This document shows positions 50,111-63,500 of a DNA stretch of 64,000 nt, piece by piece (position 1 is the first letter of the stretch; each line of letters starts with the position of its first letter). Below the pieces are notes generated by a model. That model searched no databases and had not been told where the DNA came from. It worked only from the letters and a program-made list of their open reading frames with translations. A program made the translations under genes and the position numbers. The stretch spans positions 12,276,001-12,340,000 of the forward strand of contig CM075983.1 in NCBI GenBank assembly GCA_038087875.1, read 5' to 3'. The stretch comes from Malacoraja senta. Its lineage: Eukaryota.

Positions 50111-51012
50111 ACAAAAAATCAAATGCTTTCTCAACTTAATGCTCATGTTTAAATTTAAAAAAATAAACGATTTAAGTGAAAATGGAAAATGCAAAGTTGT
50201 ATATGAAACGTCTTCGAAATATAAAGAGAAAAATAACTTTTAGATGTAGCCTTTTCAAATTCTATGTCTAAAACAATACCTTACATGTTTTTCGAAGTAG
50301 GTCTGATAATTAATCTTTCCCTTAAATGATTTTGGCATTTTGTCATTCTTTTTGGTTCTAAATAACCATTCAATAATAATTAGATAATAATTAGTGTTAC
50401 CAGGAGGAGAATTACTGGCAATAAGAAGAATTCCCAAAATTGGTAATAAACAGCACACCAAATCTAGGCAGCAAACGGAGACTTAGATAAAAAAAACACT
50501 CAAAACGGTCAGGCAGCATCTTTGGGGACAAGAACAAAATTAATCGTTCAGATCAAAGACCCTCCATCAGCATATGGAAGAAAATAAATTAGTATTAGGT
50601 TGGAGAGAAGGAATGGATAGAACAAAGAGCCTGAGGTTACCATGGGATAATCCGTAAATTAGATTGTGTTTGGTGGATTAATGAGGAGTGTTAGGGAAAT
50701 TTAATTTCTAGAATTAGGTACTTGAAGAATCAGTCATAGAATTGAAACAAAAACTGTTCCACATGCCCCCTAAAAGAACAGTTCATTTAGGTCATAGCTT
50801 AAGTCACGAAAGTTTCCACAGATGGAGAAGATGGCATCATCACCCCCCCCCCCCCCCTCCCCAATCATATATTAGCTGAAAAATCTAGTAGAGCAGATGG
50901 CACAAAGCCAAAGAATTTTTTTTTTTTTTTTTTTTTGTATAAAGCTTCAAGTTATGTTAGCCATAGAACGTAAATGACAGTCACTGACCATTATCAGTGT
51001 CAGGAAAAACAT

Positions 51013-51305
51013 AGTTTAGTTTAGATATACAGCATGGAAAGAGGCCCTTTGGCCCACCAAATCCATGTTGACCATCAATCATCCATTCACATCAGCTTTA
51101 TGTTATCCCACTTTAATATCTATTCCCAATTTACAGAGGCTAATTAACCTACAAACCCGCGCGTCTTTGGGAAGGGGGAGGAAACCCACACATCACAAAG
51201 AGAACGTGCAAACTTTACACAGACAGCACCCAAGGTCAGCATCAAACTTGGGTCTCTGGTGCTATGAGACACCAGCTCTACCAGCTGTTCCATTGTGCCA
51301 CCATC
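51013..51305 (-). mobile_element. HE1-type SINE
   Basis: Reverse-complement tail TTTAGTTTAGA and head TGGTGGCACAATGG. Confidence 0.8.
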
Positions 51306-51523
51306 TGGGAAAGGAAAATTGAATTTCTGAAATTGCTTACCTGTAGAATCAGTCATTTTAGGGAATTCTTAAGTTCTGGATTTAGACATTATTGAGCCAA
51401 AAAACAGTATTGGCTGGTATGGTTCTCAGGTGAATGACTCAATCACCTCTTTCATACCTCATTCCTGGAGATGCTGCCACCTACTCTCACTTTTAACTCT
51501 GCCGTAACTCATTCAGTTAGTCA

Positions 51524-52555
51524 TAGAGTGATACAGTGTGGAAACAGGCCCTTCGGTCCAACTTACCCACACCGGCCAACATGTCCCAGCAACACTGGTC
51601 CCTCCTGCCCCAGTTTGGTCCATATCCCTCCAAACCTATCCTATCCTAACTGTTTAGTAAATGTTGGGATAGTCCCTGCCTCAACTACCTCCTCTGTCAG
51701 CTTGTTTCATACACCCACCACTCTTTGTGTGAAAAAGTTACCCCTCAGATTCCTATTAAATCTTTTCCTCTTCACCTTAAACCTATGTCCTCTGGTCCTC
51801 GATTCACCTATTCTGGGCAAGAGACTCTGCTTCTACCCAATCTATTCCTCTCGTGGTTTTATACACCTCAATAAAATCACCCTTCATCCTCCTGTGCTCC
51901 AAAGAATAGAATCCCAGCCTACTCAACCTCTCCCTTCAGCTCAGACGATCTGGCCATGACAACATCCTTCTAAATCTTCTCTGTACCCTTTCCAGCTTGT
52001 CAATTTCTTTCCTATAACATGGTGCCCAGAACTGAACACAATATTCTAAATGTGGCCTCACCAACATCTTATAAAACTGCAACATGACCTTCCAACCTCT
52101 ACACTCAATACTCTGACTGATGAAGGCCAATGCGCCAAATGCCTTTTTCACCACCTTATCTACCTGCGACTCCACCTTCAAGGAACCATGCACCTGCACT
52201 CCTCGATCCCTCTGCTCTACAACACTCCCCAGAGCACTACCATTCACTGTATAGGTCCTGCCCGTATTAGACTTCCCAAAATGCAACACCTCACATTTCT
52301 CTGTATTAAATTCAATCAACCATTCCTCAGCCCACCTGACCAATTGATAAAGATCCTGCTGCAATTTTTCTCAACACTCTTCACTATCTACAAAACAACC
52401 CACTTTTGTATCATCTGCAAACTTGCTCATCTTGCCGTGTATGTTCTCATCCAAATCATTGATATAGATGATTAACAGTAATGGGCCCAGCACCGTAACC
52501 TGAGGCACTCCACTAGTCACAGGCCTCTGGTCCGAGAAACAACCTTCTACCTTCA
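51524..52555 (-). mobile_element. CR1 LINE ORF2 RT 3' fragment
   Basis: [26 protein letters not shown]; LVRPHLEYCVQFW. Confidence 0.92.
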
Positions 52556-52556
52556 A

Positions 52557-52840
52557 GGTAAATTGGAACAGAATCTCATATTTCGCTTGGGTTGCTTACA
52601 GCCCAATGATATGAATTATGATTTCTCTTACTTCAAGCAACCCCGGCATTCCCTCTCTCTCCAACCCTCCCCCACCCAAGTCGCAACAGCTTCTCGTTTT
52701 CACCCAACAAACAGCTAATAATGGCCTGTTTCCTTTATCGTTGTTACTTTTTCACATATCTTTCATTCATTGTTCTTTATCTATCAACGTCATCGTCTAT
52801 ATCTCCTGCTTCCCTTTTCCCTAGCTAGTCTGAAGAAGGG
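52557..52840 (+). mobile_element. Penelope-like element 3' end
   Basis: [21 protein letters not shown] (GIY-YIG C-terminus) plus a 3' UTR ending TCTGAAGAAGG. Confidence 0.75.
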
Positions 52841-52903
52841 AAAGTAGACAAAAATGCTGGAGAAACTCAGCGAGTGAGGCAGCACCTATGGAACGAAGGA
52901 ATA

Positions 52904-52936
52904 GGTGACGTTTCGGGTCGAGACCCTTCTTCAGAC
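52904..52936 (-). ncRNA. Minimal type I hammerhead ribozyme motif in a Penelope pseudo-LTR
   Basis: gt-CUGAAGA-A-GGGU(CUCG)ACCC-GAAA-CG-UC-acc: intact core, 4-bp stem II, palindromic ACGU stem III. Confidence 0.7.
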
Positions 52937-53204
52937 TGAAGAAGTGTCTCGACCTGAAACGTCACCCGTTCCTTCTCTCCAGAGATGCTGCCTGTCCCGC
53001 TGAGTTACTTTAAGTACTTACTGTACTAAGTACTTATTGTACTTTTTTGTACTACTTTGGATTAGACTACAATCTTGTGGCATTCTGTTGTTTTGCACTG
53101 TGTTAATACTGATTACTCTGTGAGCTTCATGAGAACAGAGCATTTCATTCCCCCCTGGCATATGACCATAAAGTAATCTAATCTGAGCATTGAACACACC
53201 CATT

Positions 53205-54001
53205 ACATAGAAACATAGAAACATAGAAAATAGGTGCAGGAGGAGGCCATTCGGCCCTTCGAGCCAGCACCGCCATTCATTGTGATCATGGCTGATCGTC
53301 CCCTATCAATAACCCGTGCCTGCCTTCTCCCCATATCCATTGACTCCACTAGTCCCCAGAGCTCTATCTAACTCTCTCTTAAATCCATCCAGTGATTTGG
53401 CCTCCACTGCCCTCTGTGGCAGGGAATTCCATAAATTCACAACTCTCTGGGTGAAAAAGTTTTTTCTCACCTCTTAAAGTCTTAAATGACCTCCCCTTTA
53501 TTCTAAGACTGTGGCTCCTGGTTCTGGACTCGCCCAACATTGGGAACATTTTTCCTGCATCTAGCTTGTCCAGTCTTTTTATAATTTTATATGTTTCTAT
53601 AAGATGCCCCCTCATCCTTCTAAACTCCAGTGAATACAAGCCTAGTCTTTTCAATCTTTCCTCATATGACAGTCCCGCCATCCCAGGGATCAATCTCGTG
53701 AACCTACGCTGCACTGCCTCAATCACAAGGATGTCCTTCCTCAAATTAGGAGACCAAAACTGTACACAATACTCCAGATGTGGTCTCACCAGAGCACTAT
53801 ACAACTGCAGAAGAACCTCTTTACTCCTATACTGAAATCCTCTTGTTATGAAGGCCAACATTCCATTAGCTTTCTTCACTGCCTGCTGTACCTGCACGCC
53901 AACTTTCAGTGACCGGTGTACAAGGACACCCAGGTCTCGCTGCACCTCCCCCTTCCCTAACCTAACCCCATTGAGATAATAATCTGTCCCCTTGTTTTGC
54001 C
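53205..54001 (-). mobile_element. CR1 (HER1-like) LINE 3' fragment, young
   Basis: ORF 53379..54029 with LVRPHLEYCVQFWSP..RLGLYSLEFRRMRG; (TTTCTATG)n tail. Confidence 0.92.
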
Positions 54002-54786
54002 TAATATAGAATTCTAATAAAGAATTCAAATGATAAACCTTTATAAAACTTGGAGCTTTGCTTTCATCTCCACATCATTCCTAATTAAAAAGCTGCACAC
54101 TTACATAGACCATTTTGCCCTTCTGCTTCTCAGTTGGTGCAGGTGTCAATATGAAGAAGTCCAGCCTGAAGAATGCTGAAGTATTCACAGAATTCACAGA
54201 ATCAATTTCAAATCACACCAGCCTTTTATTTACCCTGATGGAGATTTTGATGTTAGAAACTATATTCTTCACTCTGTATCGTCCCCTTTGTTCTATCGAT
54301 TGTACTTGAGTTTGACTTGATTGCATTTACATCTGTTATATCTGAACTTGTTTAGATAGCATGCAAAACGAAGCTTTTCACTGTACCTTGGTACGCGTGA
54401 CAATAATAAACCTAAACCTCCGGCTGTACGCTATTGGATGAGAAAGAACACAAACTTTCAGCAATCATTGAAGGTGCGGTTGTTCATGGCGTAACGAGAA
54501 GGTTGCAACGCATTAAATGTGGACATCAGATGAAAGGGGATCAATGCAAACAACCTAATGTTCATACATTCTAGGAGCAGAATTAGGCCATTTGACCCAT
54601 CACGTCTACTGTGCAATTCAATCATGGCTGATCTATCTTTCCCTCTCAACCCCATTCTCCTGCCTTCTCCCCATAACCCCTGGCATCCTTACTAATCAAT
54701 AATATGTTAATCTCCACTTTAAAAATATCTATTAACTTGGCCTCCACAGCTGTCTGTGGCAATAAATTCCACAGATTCACCACCAT

Positions 54787-55965
54787 TTTGGTTCTTGGTT
54801 GGTTCTTGGTTTCTTGGTCCTCCAAAATATTCCAAATGGAATTTAAACTGGAGGTGGTGGAGGGAGGACTTAAGCCAGAAAGGATTTTTGGGAAGAAAGA
54901 GCTACCTTAAATTTAGTTGCATCTGGTTGGGTAACTAAAGTAGGGTGGAGATTATTCCATGCTTTAATTGTGCGGGGGGAGAACGAATTGCTGTACACAT
55001 CTGTCTTGGTAGCTGGAATCACAAATTGGATCGAATGCCCTCGTCTGCTCCTAATTGGTTTGTGTTTGGTGTAGGTCTTGTAATCTATGTCGAGCTGACC
55101 ATTTAACATTTTGTAAAAACAGGTCAAACGGTGAGCTTCACGTCTGTCTTGGAGAGGGTTCCACCCCAGTGAATTCAGAAGTTTGGTAACACTCGCTTCT
55201 CTCTCATAGGTGTTAGTAACAAATCGAGCTGCCTGTCTTTGGACACGTTCGATGGAAGAAATGTTTTTATTTGTGTATGGGTCCCATGCTACAACTGCGT
55301 AGTCCAAATGAGGTCTAACGAGGGTGAAGTATAGCTTCTCCTTGACAGAAGTTGAACAATGATGAAAGTTGCGCCTCAGAAAATTTAGGACACCTGTTGC
55401 TTTCACCATTGCATGATGAGTCTGACCATTCCAACGCAGATCATTCTGCAATTTGATGCCAAGATACTTGGTTTGTTTGGATTCTTCAAGGGTGGTACCA
55501 AGTATATGGTACGATGTTTCGCCTGGATTCCTCTTTCTGGTGACACGCATGGTTTCGCATTTGGAAGGGTTGAACTGCATGCCCCATTGTTGTGACCACT
55601 CAACCATTGTATCGAGGTCCTTTTGAAGAGCATCTTCATCATCAGCTGACTTAATTGGATGGTACAGCAAACAAACATCAGCGAATAGTCTGGTCGTGCT
55701 TGCGACTTTTTCATGGATGTCGTTTATGTAAAGCAAAAACAGATGTGGGCCAAGTACTGTGCCCTGAGGTGTACCACTCAACACTGGATGCCAATTGGAG
55801 CTCTTTCCGTTCACACACACACGCTGAAGACGTTTTGTCAGGAAACTGGAAATCCATCGTTTTGTGTTGGAACGAACACCATAGAAGTCAAGCTTCCAAA
55901 GCAGTCTCTGGTGTGGGATGACATCAAATGCTTTAGAAAAGTCCAGCACTACCAAATCCGTGATG
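54787..55965 (-). mobile_element. Divergent CR1-group LINE RT fragment inserted into a HER1-like CR1 3' end
   Basis: Open frame of about 360 aa: LDFSKAFD, SGTPQGTVLGP, RLFADV, LVRPHLDYA..WDPY; (CCAAGAA)n-like tail. The flanks 54567-54785 and 55970-56112 are two halves of one HER1-like 3' end. Confidence 0.9.
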
Positions 55966-57676
55966 ACGTAGTGAGTAAAGAAATGCCTCCTCATCTCCTT
56001 TCTAAAGGTACCTCCTTTTATTCTGAGGCTATAGTCTTCATCCTAGAGTAGACTCTTCCACCAGTGGAAGCATCCTCTCCACATTCACTCTATCAAGGCA
56101 TTTCATAATTTGGTAAGTTAAGTACCGTAACTTTATGTACCATAATGAAGTTTACCTACTCATATTTATACCTGGTGAATGACTACTTAGGTGAGAATTT
56201 ACATAAGAGCACTCTGTGTATTTTGCAATCTCATTAAAAAGATGAGTGTGCGCAAAGGAAGTGGCAGGCAAGTGGTGAATAAAGCATGGATTTCTTTGTC
56301 AAATTAAATGTTAACGTAATCTAAATTTGGTAGGTGGAAAAATGATGTGTGGGTTGGTTCTGTGTGGGAACACCTAAATTGTTTATTACATTCTTTATGG
56401 ATGGGTTGTGCAAAAGACAGTGAAATTTATGGGCTTTGATTATATTTAGAGCAGATAAAAGCTAATAAATTGAAGCAGTTGAATATGGAATGAAGTCTCT
56501 TTCTTTGCATTAGTTTGAAAAGTCAGTTTGTAATCAGTCCATTCAGATGAAGAAAGTTACAGGTTTGATCTCAGCCTCCAGTGGTCTACTAATTGCGCTA
56601 TGAGTAGGTGTATGGGTTAAAAATAATTAAATATGTAATGTTGTTCCTGTGCTTGAAACGTGACAAATCGTCCATGTTTCCCTGGAGATACAAAACACTG
56701 CAGATGCTGGAATCTTGAGTAAAACACAAACTGCTGGAGTAGCTCAATGGGTCAGGCAATGAGCCTGAGAAGGGACTGGATAGGCAATGTTTTCAGGTGG
56801 GGACAATTCGTCAACCTCAATGTCTGCCTGACCCACCAGAACTTTGTACTTATGCCATCTCTCACTCCCTGGAGAGAATTTATCAATTCCTGCCAAAAAA
56901 GAGAGAGAACAAGGGAGCAGTCAGATGGAAAGTGAATCGACTCAATTACAGTTGTTTCGATGACAGACTTTATCGGCTGCTGGTGTCTGAAACGCTACTC
57001 TTATTTTCAGTTCTTGATGTTTTCTGTTGCATTGTTAAATATTAATTTTCTAATCTCCAGATAATTACTTAAATGGATTGTTACAAGTTTTTTTTGATAA
57101 CAATCAATCCATGCATACCTGGAGAATATGGATGGAAGCATATCAATTCTAGTTAGTCTTCCGTTAGTACATGAAACTGGAACAGATGCATTTTAGAAAG
57201 AACATAAACTGTCAGGAAAACTGTCAGGACAATTTTTCAGTGTAAAATTATTCAGAAGTAAATGTACAACTCTTCCCTTACATCAAAATATTTTTGATAC
57301 ATTTTTACTAGATGTGGGCATCATTGATAAGACCAATTTTTATTGTCCATTCATAATTGCTTTCAAAGTGGTGGGGAGCCGCCTTCTTAAACTGTTGCAA
57401 TCATTCTGGTAAGAGTATTCTAGTAAAGCAGAGAGTTCCAGGATATTAACACAGTTTCAGTGAAGTAATAGGGATTAGTTTCTCATTCAGTAATCATGTG
57501 GCTTGGAGATGAACCAGCAGATTGATTGTGTTTCAATGTACCTTCTGCTCTTATCCTTCTTGGTGGTAGAGAATGTAGATATGTGAGATGTTGCCCAAGC
57601 AAGTATCTGCAGTACATGTTAAAGGAGGTAAATGCAACTAAATCCCAAGTCTAAACCTCATTAAAATTTGATTTTC

Positions 57677-58099
57677 CAGGTCCACCACCAATTATCCGGC
57701 ATCCTTGGTTCCAGAGCCATTCTGGATTATCCTTTTTTCAGACCTCCAAGAGGACTCCAACGGCCTCCAAGAGGAGTCCAATGGTACTGGAATGGTCCGC
57801 CTCAGACTGCCAAGAAGCCGAGATACCGGGCCACAAAGTCGACCTCGGACGTCGGCTAGGGGAACAGATCTGTCTACTCAGGACAGCCCGGAGTTCCAGA
57901 GCCTCAGCTGTAGGGGGCAGATTTGAAACACCTTTTGGAGCAGAATTCCCGATGTGGTAAAGATCGGCCACCACATCTAACTTAGGTGCGACATTTTTGC
58001 TGGGACTTCCGTGGGGAATTTCAAATGCGCTCTCGTAATATTGTCTGGATTTAAGGAGGTGCTGCACCACCAGTTGCGGGATAATCGGTTGAGGACCTG
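57677..58099. mobile_element. Tc1/mariner (Tigger-like) MITE
   Basis: TIRs CAGGTCCACCACCAATTATCC / GGATAATCGGTTGAGGACCTG (18/21 match), TA on the right side. Confidence 0.7.
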
Positions 58100-60217
58100 T
58101 ACAATCATTTCAATCCAAGTATTAGTGCCATGTATTTGCATGGTGTAAAATGGAATAAAGCAAAATTATATTTTGGATTCTTGGAATTCCGGTTACACCA
58201 ATTGAATAAAAAACTATTGAGAGTAATGTGAAGCATCCAACCAGTCAATGCAATTAAGATAGACACAAAAAGCTGGAGTAATTCAGCGGGACAGGCAGCA
58301 TCTCAGGAGGGAAGGAATGGGTGACGTTTCGTGTTGAGATCCTTCTTCTCAATGCACTTAGTAGAAATCACTCCCAGAATTTTTGGGGATAGGTAACTTA
58401 AGCGACATCCTCCTGTCAAAAATTTAGAAGGATCGTTATATCATTTAAAAATAGATTACATAGGAATTATATATGGATGTCTTAATTGCTTACGGCTGCA
58501 TTGGCTTGAAGATTGCAGTCAGTGGAGAACTGGCGGAGCACACCATTCATTTCTAAAGTGGCAGCTCAAAAGGATTTCTAATCTAAAGCAGGGATTTCCC
58601 TTTTTCATCTTTATATTAACGTCAAGGTGCCAGGTCAAAAGAATTGCAGATGCACAGTCATAGTAATGTAATCAAGATAGTTAGATTGAAAGGACATGGA
58701 ATCCAGGTCAACCATTGCTTACTAACAAAAAACACCTTGACATCAATGGGGAAGAAATTATACCTGTTACATCAGTTTCCAAGGCAATCAAAAATAATAC
58801 AAATTTTGGGATAAAGTTCCACACCTGAACTTTAGCACATGCGTCATGGTGATCCTACTGGTAAAAGTAAGATTTCAGGTTCCATTGAATACAGATAATT
58901 AGGGGTCTGTTGTAAGAAGGAACTGCAGATGCTGGTTTACACCAAAGATAGACACAAAATGCTGGGGTAACTCAGCGGGTCAGGCAGCATCTCTGCAGAA
59001 AAGGGATAGGTGACGTTTCAAGTCGAGACCCGTAATCAGACTTTGAGAAAAGGAATAGGTGACATTTCAGGTTGAACCCTTCATCAGACAGGAGAGGAAT
59101 AGGTGATGTTTCAGGTCAAGACCCTTCATCAGACCCAGTCTGATGAAGGGTCTCGACCCGAAATGTCACCTATTCCTTTTCTCCAGAGATGACGCCTGAC
59201 CCGCTGATTTACTCTGGCATTTTGTGCCTATTTATTAGGGGTCTGGTATCAGCTTGAAAAACAAACTGTAAAATATGATAGCGTTGAGCACAGGTCATTC
59301 CAGGTCTATTTTACGCAAATTTCAAATGTCTGCATGCTGCAAAAACCAATGATTACAAACAAGCTGCCAAAAGGTGCCACCCAAAAACACAATCCTTTTA
59401 ACAAGTTTACTTTAATGTGCAGCCAGAATTAGGACTGCATTCATTACTAACAAAAGATTACCGCAGGGACCTTGGCTATGTTTAACAGTTTTTGTTAATG
59501 GATTCCTGGAGGCTCCACTACACAAATTTCGCCCTCAAAACCACCACCTAACATCAGCAACGCCACCACCTTCATCCTCATATATTTATAAGAAGTTAAA
59601 GTGCAGAAAAGAAATAAAGATTGTACAACCATTTATTGTTGCCTTTTTAGTCTTTCTGCCCAGGTCTGCTCATAATAATTTTCAGGAGATTCTGAGATGC
59701 TGAGATTGGATTCTGAATCAGGATTGCCTCATCAACACCATCCCCCCCACCCCTCCCCTCCCCTCCGCCTCCCTCTCCGACCGAAGCCCTGCCTGGTTCT
59801 ACTACATAGAATAGATATATTCTATATGACTAATTGGCTTTATGACATCCACCTTTAGAGGTTACAGAGGTTGTTATGGTTATTAAAATGATGCCCGAAA
59901 CCCAATTTCAAGCAAATCTTGTCTCCAATTTATACCATGTAAACTCACTGCTTTTCACAATTGAGCTCTAGGTCAATGATGTAGACTTATTTTTAACCAC
60001 CATATATGCTCGTTCACTCATTATATTTGTTTATTATAATCTAGTTTGTGCTAATTTGCTGTTACAAAACTGAAATGCTTTTAACTTTGTTACTAATCTC
60101 ATTTGTTTACTTTAATCTCACAAGTTTACTTTAATGTGGAACCAGAACAAGAACTGCATTCAATGCTCAAAGAGTATTGCTGCAGGCCTCTTGGCTAGGT
60201 TTAACCACTGTCAGTAA

Positions 60218-60524
60218 TGGGCCTGTCCCACTTAGGCGATTTTTTAGGAAACTACAGGCGACTAGTTTGTCGCCTCATGTTCGCCGGGAATAGTCTCCTC
60301 AGTCACACAAAAAGTCGTAGCGTCTTTCCGGTCGCCGCTAAATTTTCAACATTTTGAACGTTTTTTGGCGACAGTGGGTTTGACGCCAATGAGCGTAGCT
60401 TGACTTCTCCTGATGTAGGTGCTGTCGTAGGTTGTCGCCAGGATGACGTAGGTTGCCGCCGGTTTTTCGGCAACCTGCTATGACTATGACAGTCGCCGGC
60501 AGTTGCCTAAAAAATCGGCAAGTG
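60218..60524. mobile_element. Harbinger-like MITE truncated by L1
   Basis: TAA|TGGGCCTGTCCCACTTAGGCGATTTTTT ... AAAAAATCGGCAAGTG. Confidence 0.72.
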
Positions 60525-63500
60525 CAAACTTTTTAGAGACTATCCCTATGAAATCGCTAAAAAACGAGAATCGTTTACAAACACACGACAGATCTTGAAA
60601 GGGCACAGGAACATTAGATACGGAATAATTTATCCAGCTAAGATGATTATTACTTATAATGGTATTGAACGAAAGTTCAATGATCCAGAAGTTGCTTACA
60701 AATATGCTCAAGACATTTTAAAAGATATAGATGTTTAAGTAAAACATCACAACTTCAAGACAAGGTTTTTATTCTACAGACACCGACTGAGGGAAGGTTG
60801 ATAGAAATAACTTTTAAAACTTTTAAAAAGGATTAAGATGGCGGAGCTTCTTCATGTGCTGCTGTCTAGACATTCTTATCTCTTCAAGGACATTCTGGTT
60901 TCCAACTCGAGCGAAAGAGGGAATAACAAGGGTGTGGCTGAATGAGGTACCTAACGAAGACGGATTGGAAAATAAAAACTCCTGAATGAAAGACTGTTAA
61001 AATTGTATCCCTATACTAATCCCATACTAACACAAAAACTACTGAACTAACATACTAATAGTAATTAAAGTTACTGAAATTAATACAGTAACAATAATAG
61101 TAATTGAATTAAAAACAAATTGCTTAATTGGTAAAATGTAATAATCCATTATAAGGATTGACCCCCCCGGGCAGGGGAGGAGGGGGGCTAAATATAAGGA
61201 AATAGATTCATAACAGACTAAAAAACAAATTTAGAAAATATGATAGGCTGCAATTCAAATTTTGCGTGGAAGAAGGTGAGGAGATTCAGAATCTTGGCAA
61301 ATAGCCAGGTGCCTGAATCGGGTTAACCCCTTCCAACCAAAGGCTGATTAGTATGGAAGGGGAAGAAAATGTAATAATTGTTAACATAAGTAAATGGTAG
61401 ATAAGATTAGAGATTAGAGAAGATTTAATTAGATATATAGATATGGTAATGGTGATATATAAAATCTGGCTTTGAATTGGTCCCAACTCCTTTTTGCAAG
61501 ATTATTCAAGGGGACGGAGCTAAATGTAGATTAACAACTACGGAAGTCAATAAATGATAATCGGTTCAGTGTCGTCATTTTCAGACACTGTAACCTCACT
61601 TTTTTGATTTTTTTTAAATGTCACAATAATGTACACTTTTTTGTTTCTTTGCTTAAGGACAATTTTGAGAGGGATGTAACAACTGAATTTAATATTGCAA
61701 ATGCTCCCCCAACAGCCAGAGACCTAAGGTATTGGTTGCACCACATGTTTAAAAGGTATTAAATAATTTAAAATGCAAGATGATAAACAAAAGAAATCTG
61801 GAGGACTCACATTCTGCAGTTGGAATATTAGGGGTGCTAATGAACCAATTAAAAGGGGTAAGATTTTTGCACAATTGAAGTCACTCAATTCGGACATAAT
61901 ATTTCTACAAGAAACTCACGAAACTGCAAGCTCAAGCTAGATTGAAGGCAAATTGGATAGGCCAAACATACCAATCTTCATATATTTCCAAATCCAGAGG
62001 CACAGCAATTATTATTCGAAAAGGTATACCATTTAAATCGAAGAATATCATAATAGATAAGGAAGGGAGATACCTTATAGTTACTGGAGAGATTCACGCT
62101 ACTCCAATTACCTTGGAAAATATTTATGCGCCTAATTTTGATAATCCCCAATTTTTTAATAAAATCCTGAATATAATTACAGAGTTCAATTATCAAAATG
62201 TGATAATTGGGGGAGATTTTAATTGTGTTTTAGATCCATACTTGGATAAATCTTCACAACAGAGCAGGGGTAACACAAAATCTAAAACCAGGGAAATCTT
62301 AAATACTTACATAAAAAATACAAATATGACAGATGTCTGGAGGATCGCTAACCCTGTCGGAAGGGAATACTCGTTTTATTCAATGGTACACAAAACTTAT
62401 TCACGTATCGACTATTTTTTAGTGGATACAAAACTAATTCCCTATACACTGAACCCAAAATATCACAATAGCATAATATCCGATCACTCCCTGTTAACTT
62501 TTTTTTTTTAATTAGAAGGAATGCCTACTAATAAATCATTTTGGAGGTTTAATCCTCAAATCCTAAATGACCCACAAGGGGAAATATATTTAAAACAACA
62601 GATGGAACTTTTTTTAAAGATTAATGATACCCCAGAGATCTCACCAACTTTACTATGGGAATCATTCATAGCATTTATTAGAGGATCTATAATCTCATAC
62701 CAAGCTTTTCTAAATAAAAAGAATAAGAAAGAACAAAGGCAGTTAGAAGAACGAATTAGAGAATTGGAATTAGATAATGCTAAAGAGCCAACTATAGATA
62801 AACATAATAAAATAACAATAATGAAATTTAAATTAAACAAAATATTATCAGCAGATGTCATTAGATTATTTCAAATTACAAAACAGGAAAATTTTGAATT
62901 TGGGGATAAACCACACAAACTTTTGGCCCGACAACTGAAAAAACGGGAAAAGGATCACACGATTTTAAAGATTAAATCAGATAAAGGGGAATTGTTAACA
63001 CTACCTAAGGATATTAATAAAAGATTCGCTCAATTTTATCAAAACTTATATACATCTAAAGCGTTAGCAGATAGTACCAAAATTATAGAGTTCCTGGATA
63101 ATTGTAATCTCCCAAAACTCAATTTGATCGAACAAGAGGAATTTGGTGCACAACTCTCAACTAAGGAAATAGAAGAAACAATAAATACATTAAAGAATGG
63201 AAAAACACCAGGACCAGATGGTTTTAGTAATGAATTTTAGAAAAGATTTTACGATATAATTACACCACGGTTACATAAAATGTATACATATGCTTTTAAA
63301 GAACATACACTTCCAGAAACATTAGCGGAATCAACGATTACACTTATACCTAAAAAAGGTAAAGATTTAGAAGATCCAGGTTCTTATAGAGCTATTGCGC
63401 TGTTAAATACAGATAAAAAAATATTAGCGAAAACATTAGCTAGAAGATTAAGTAACTATGTTAGTAAATTAATAAATCCGGATCAAACAAGGTTTATACC

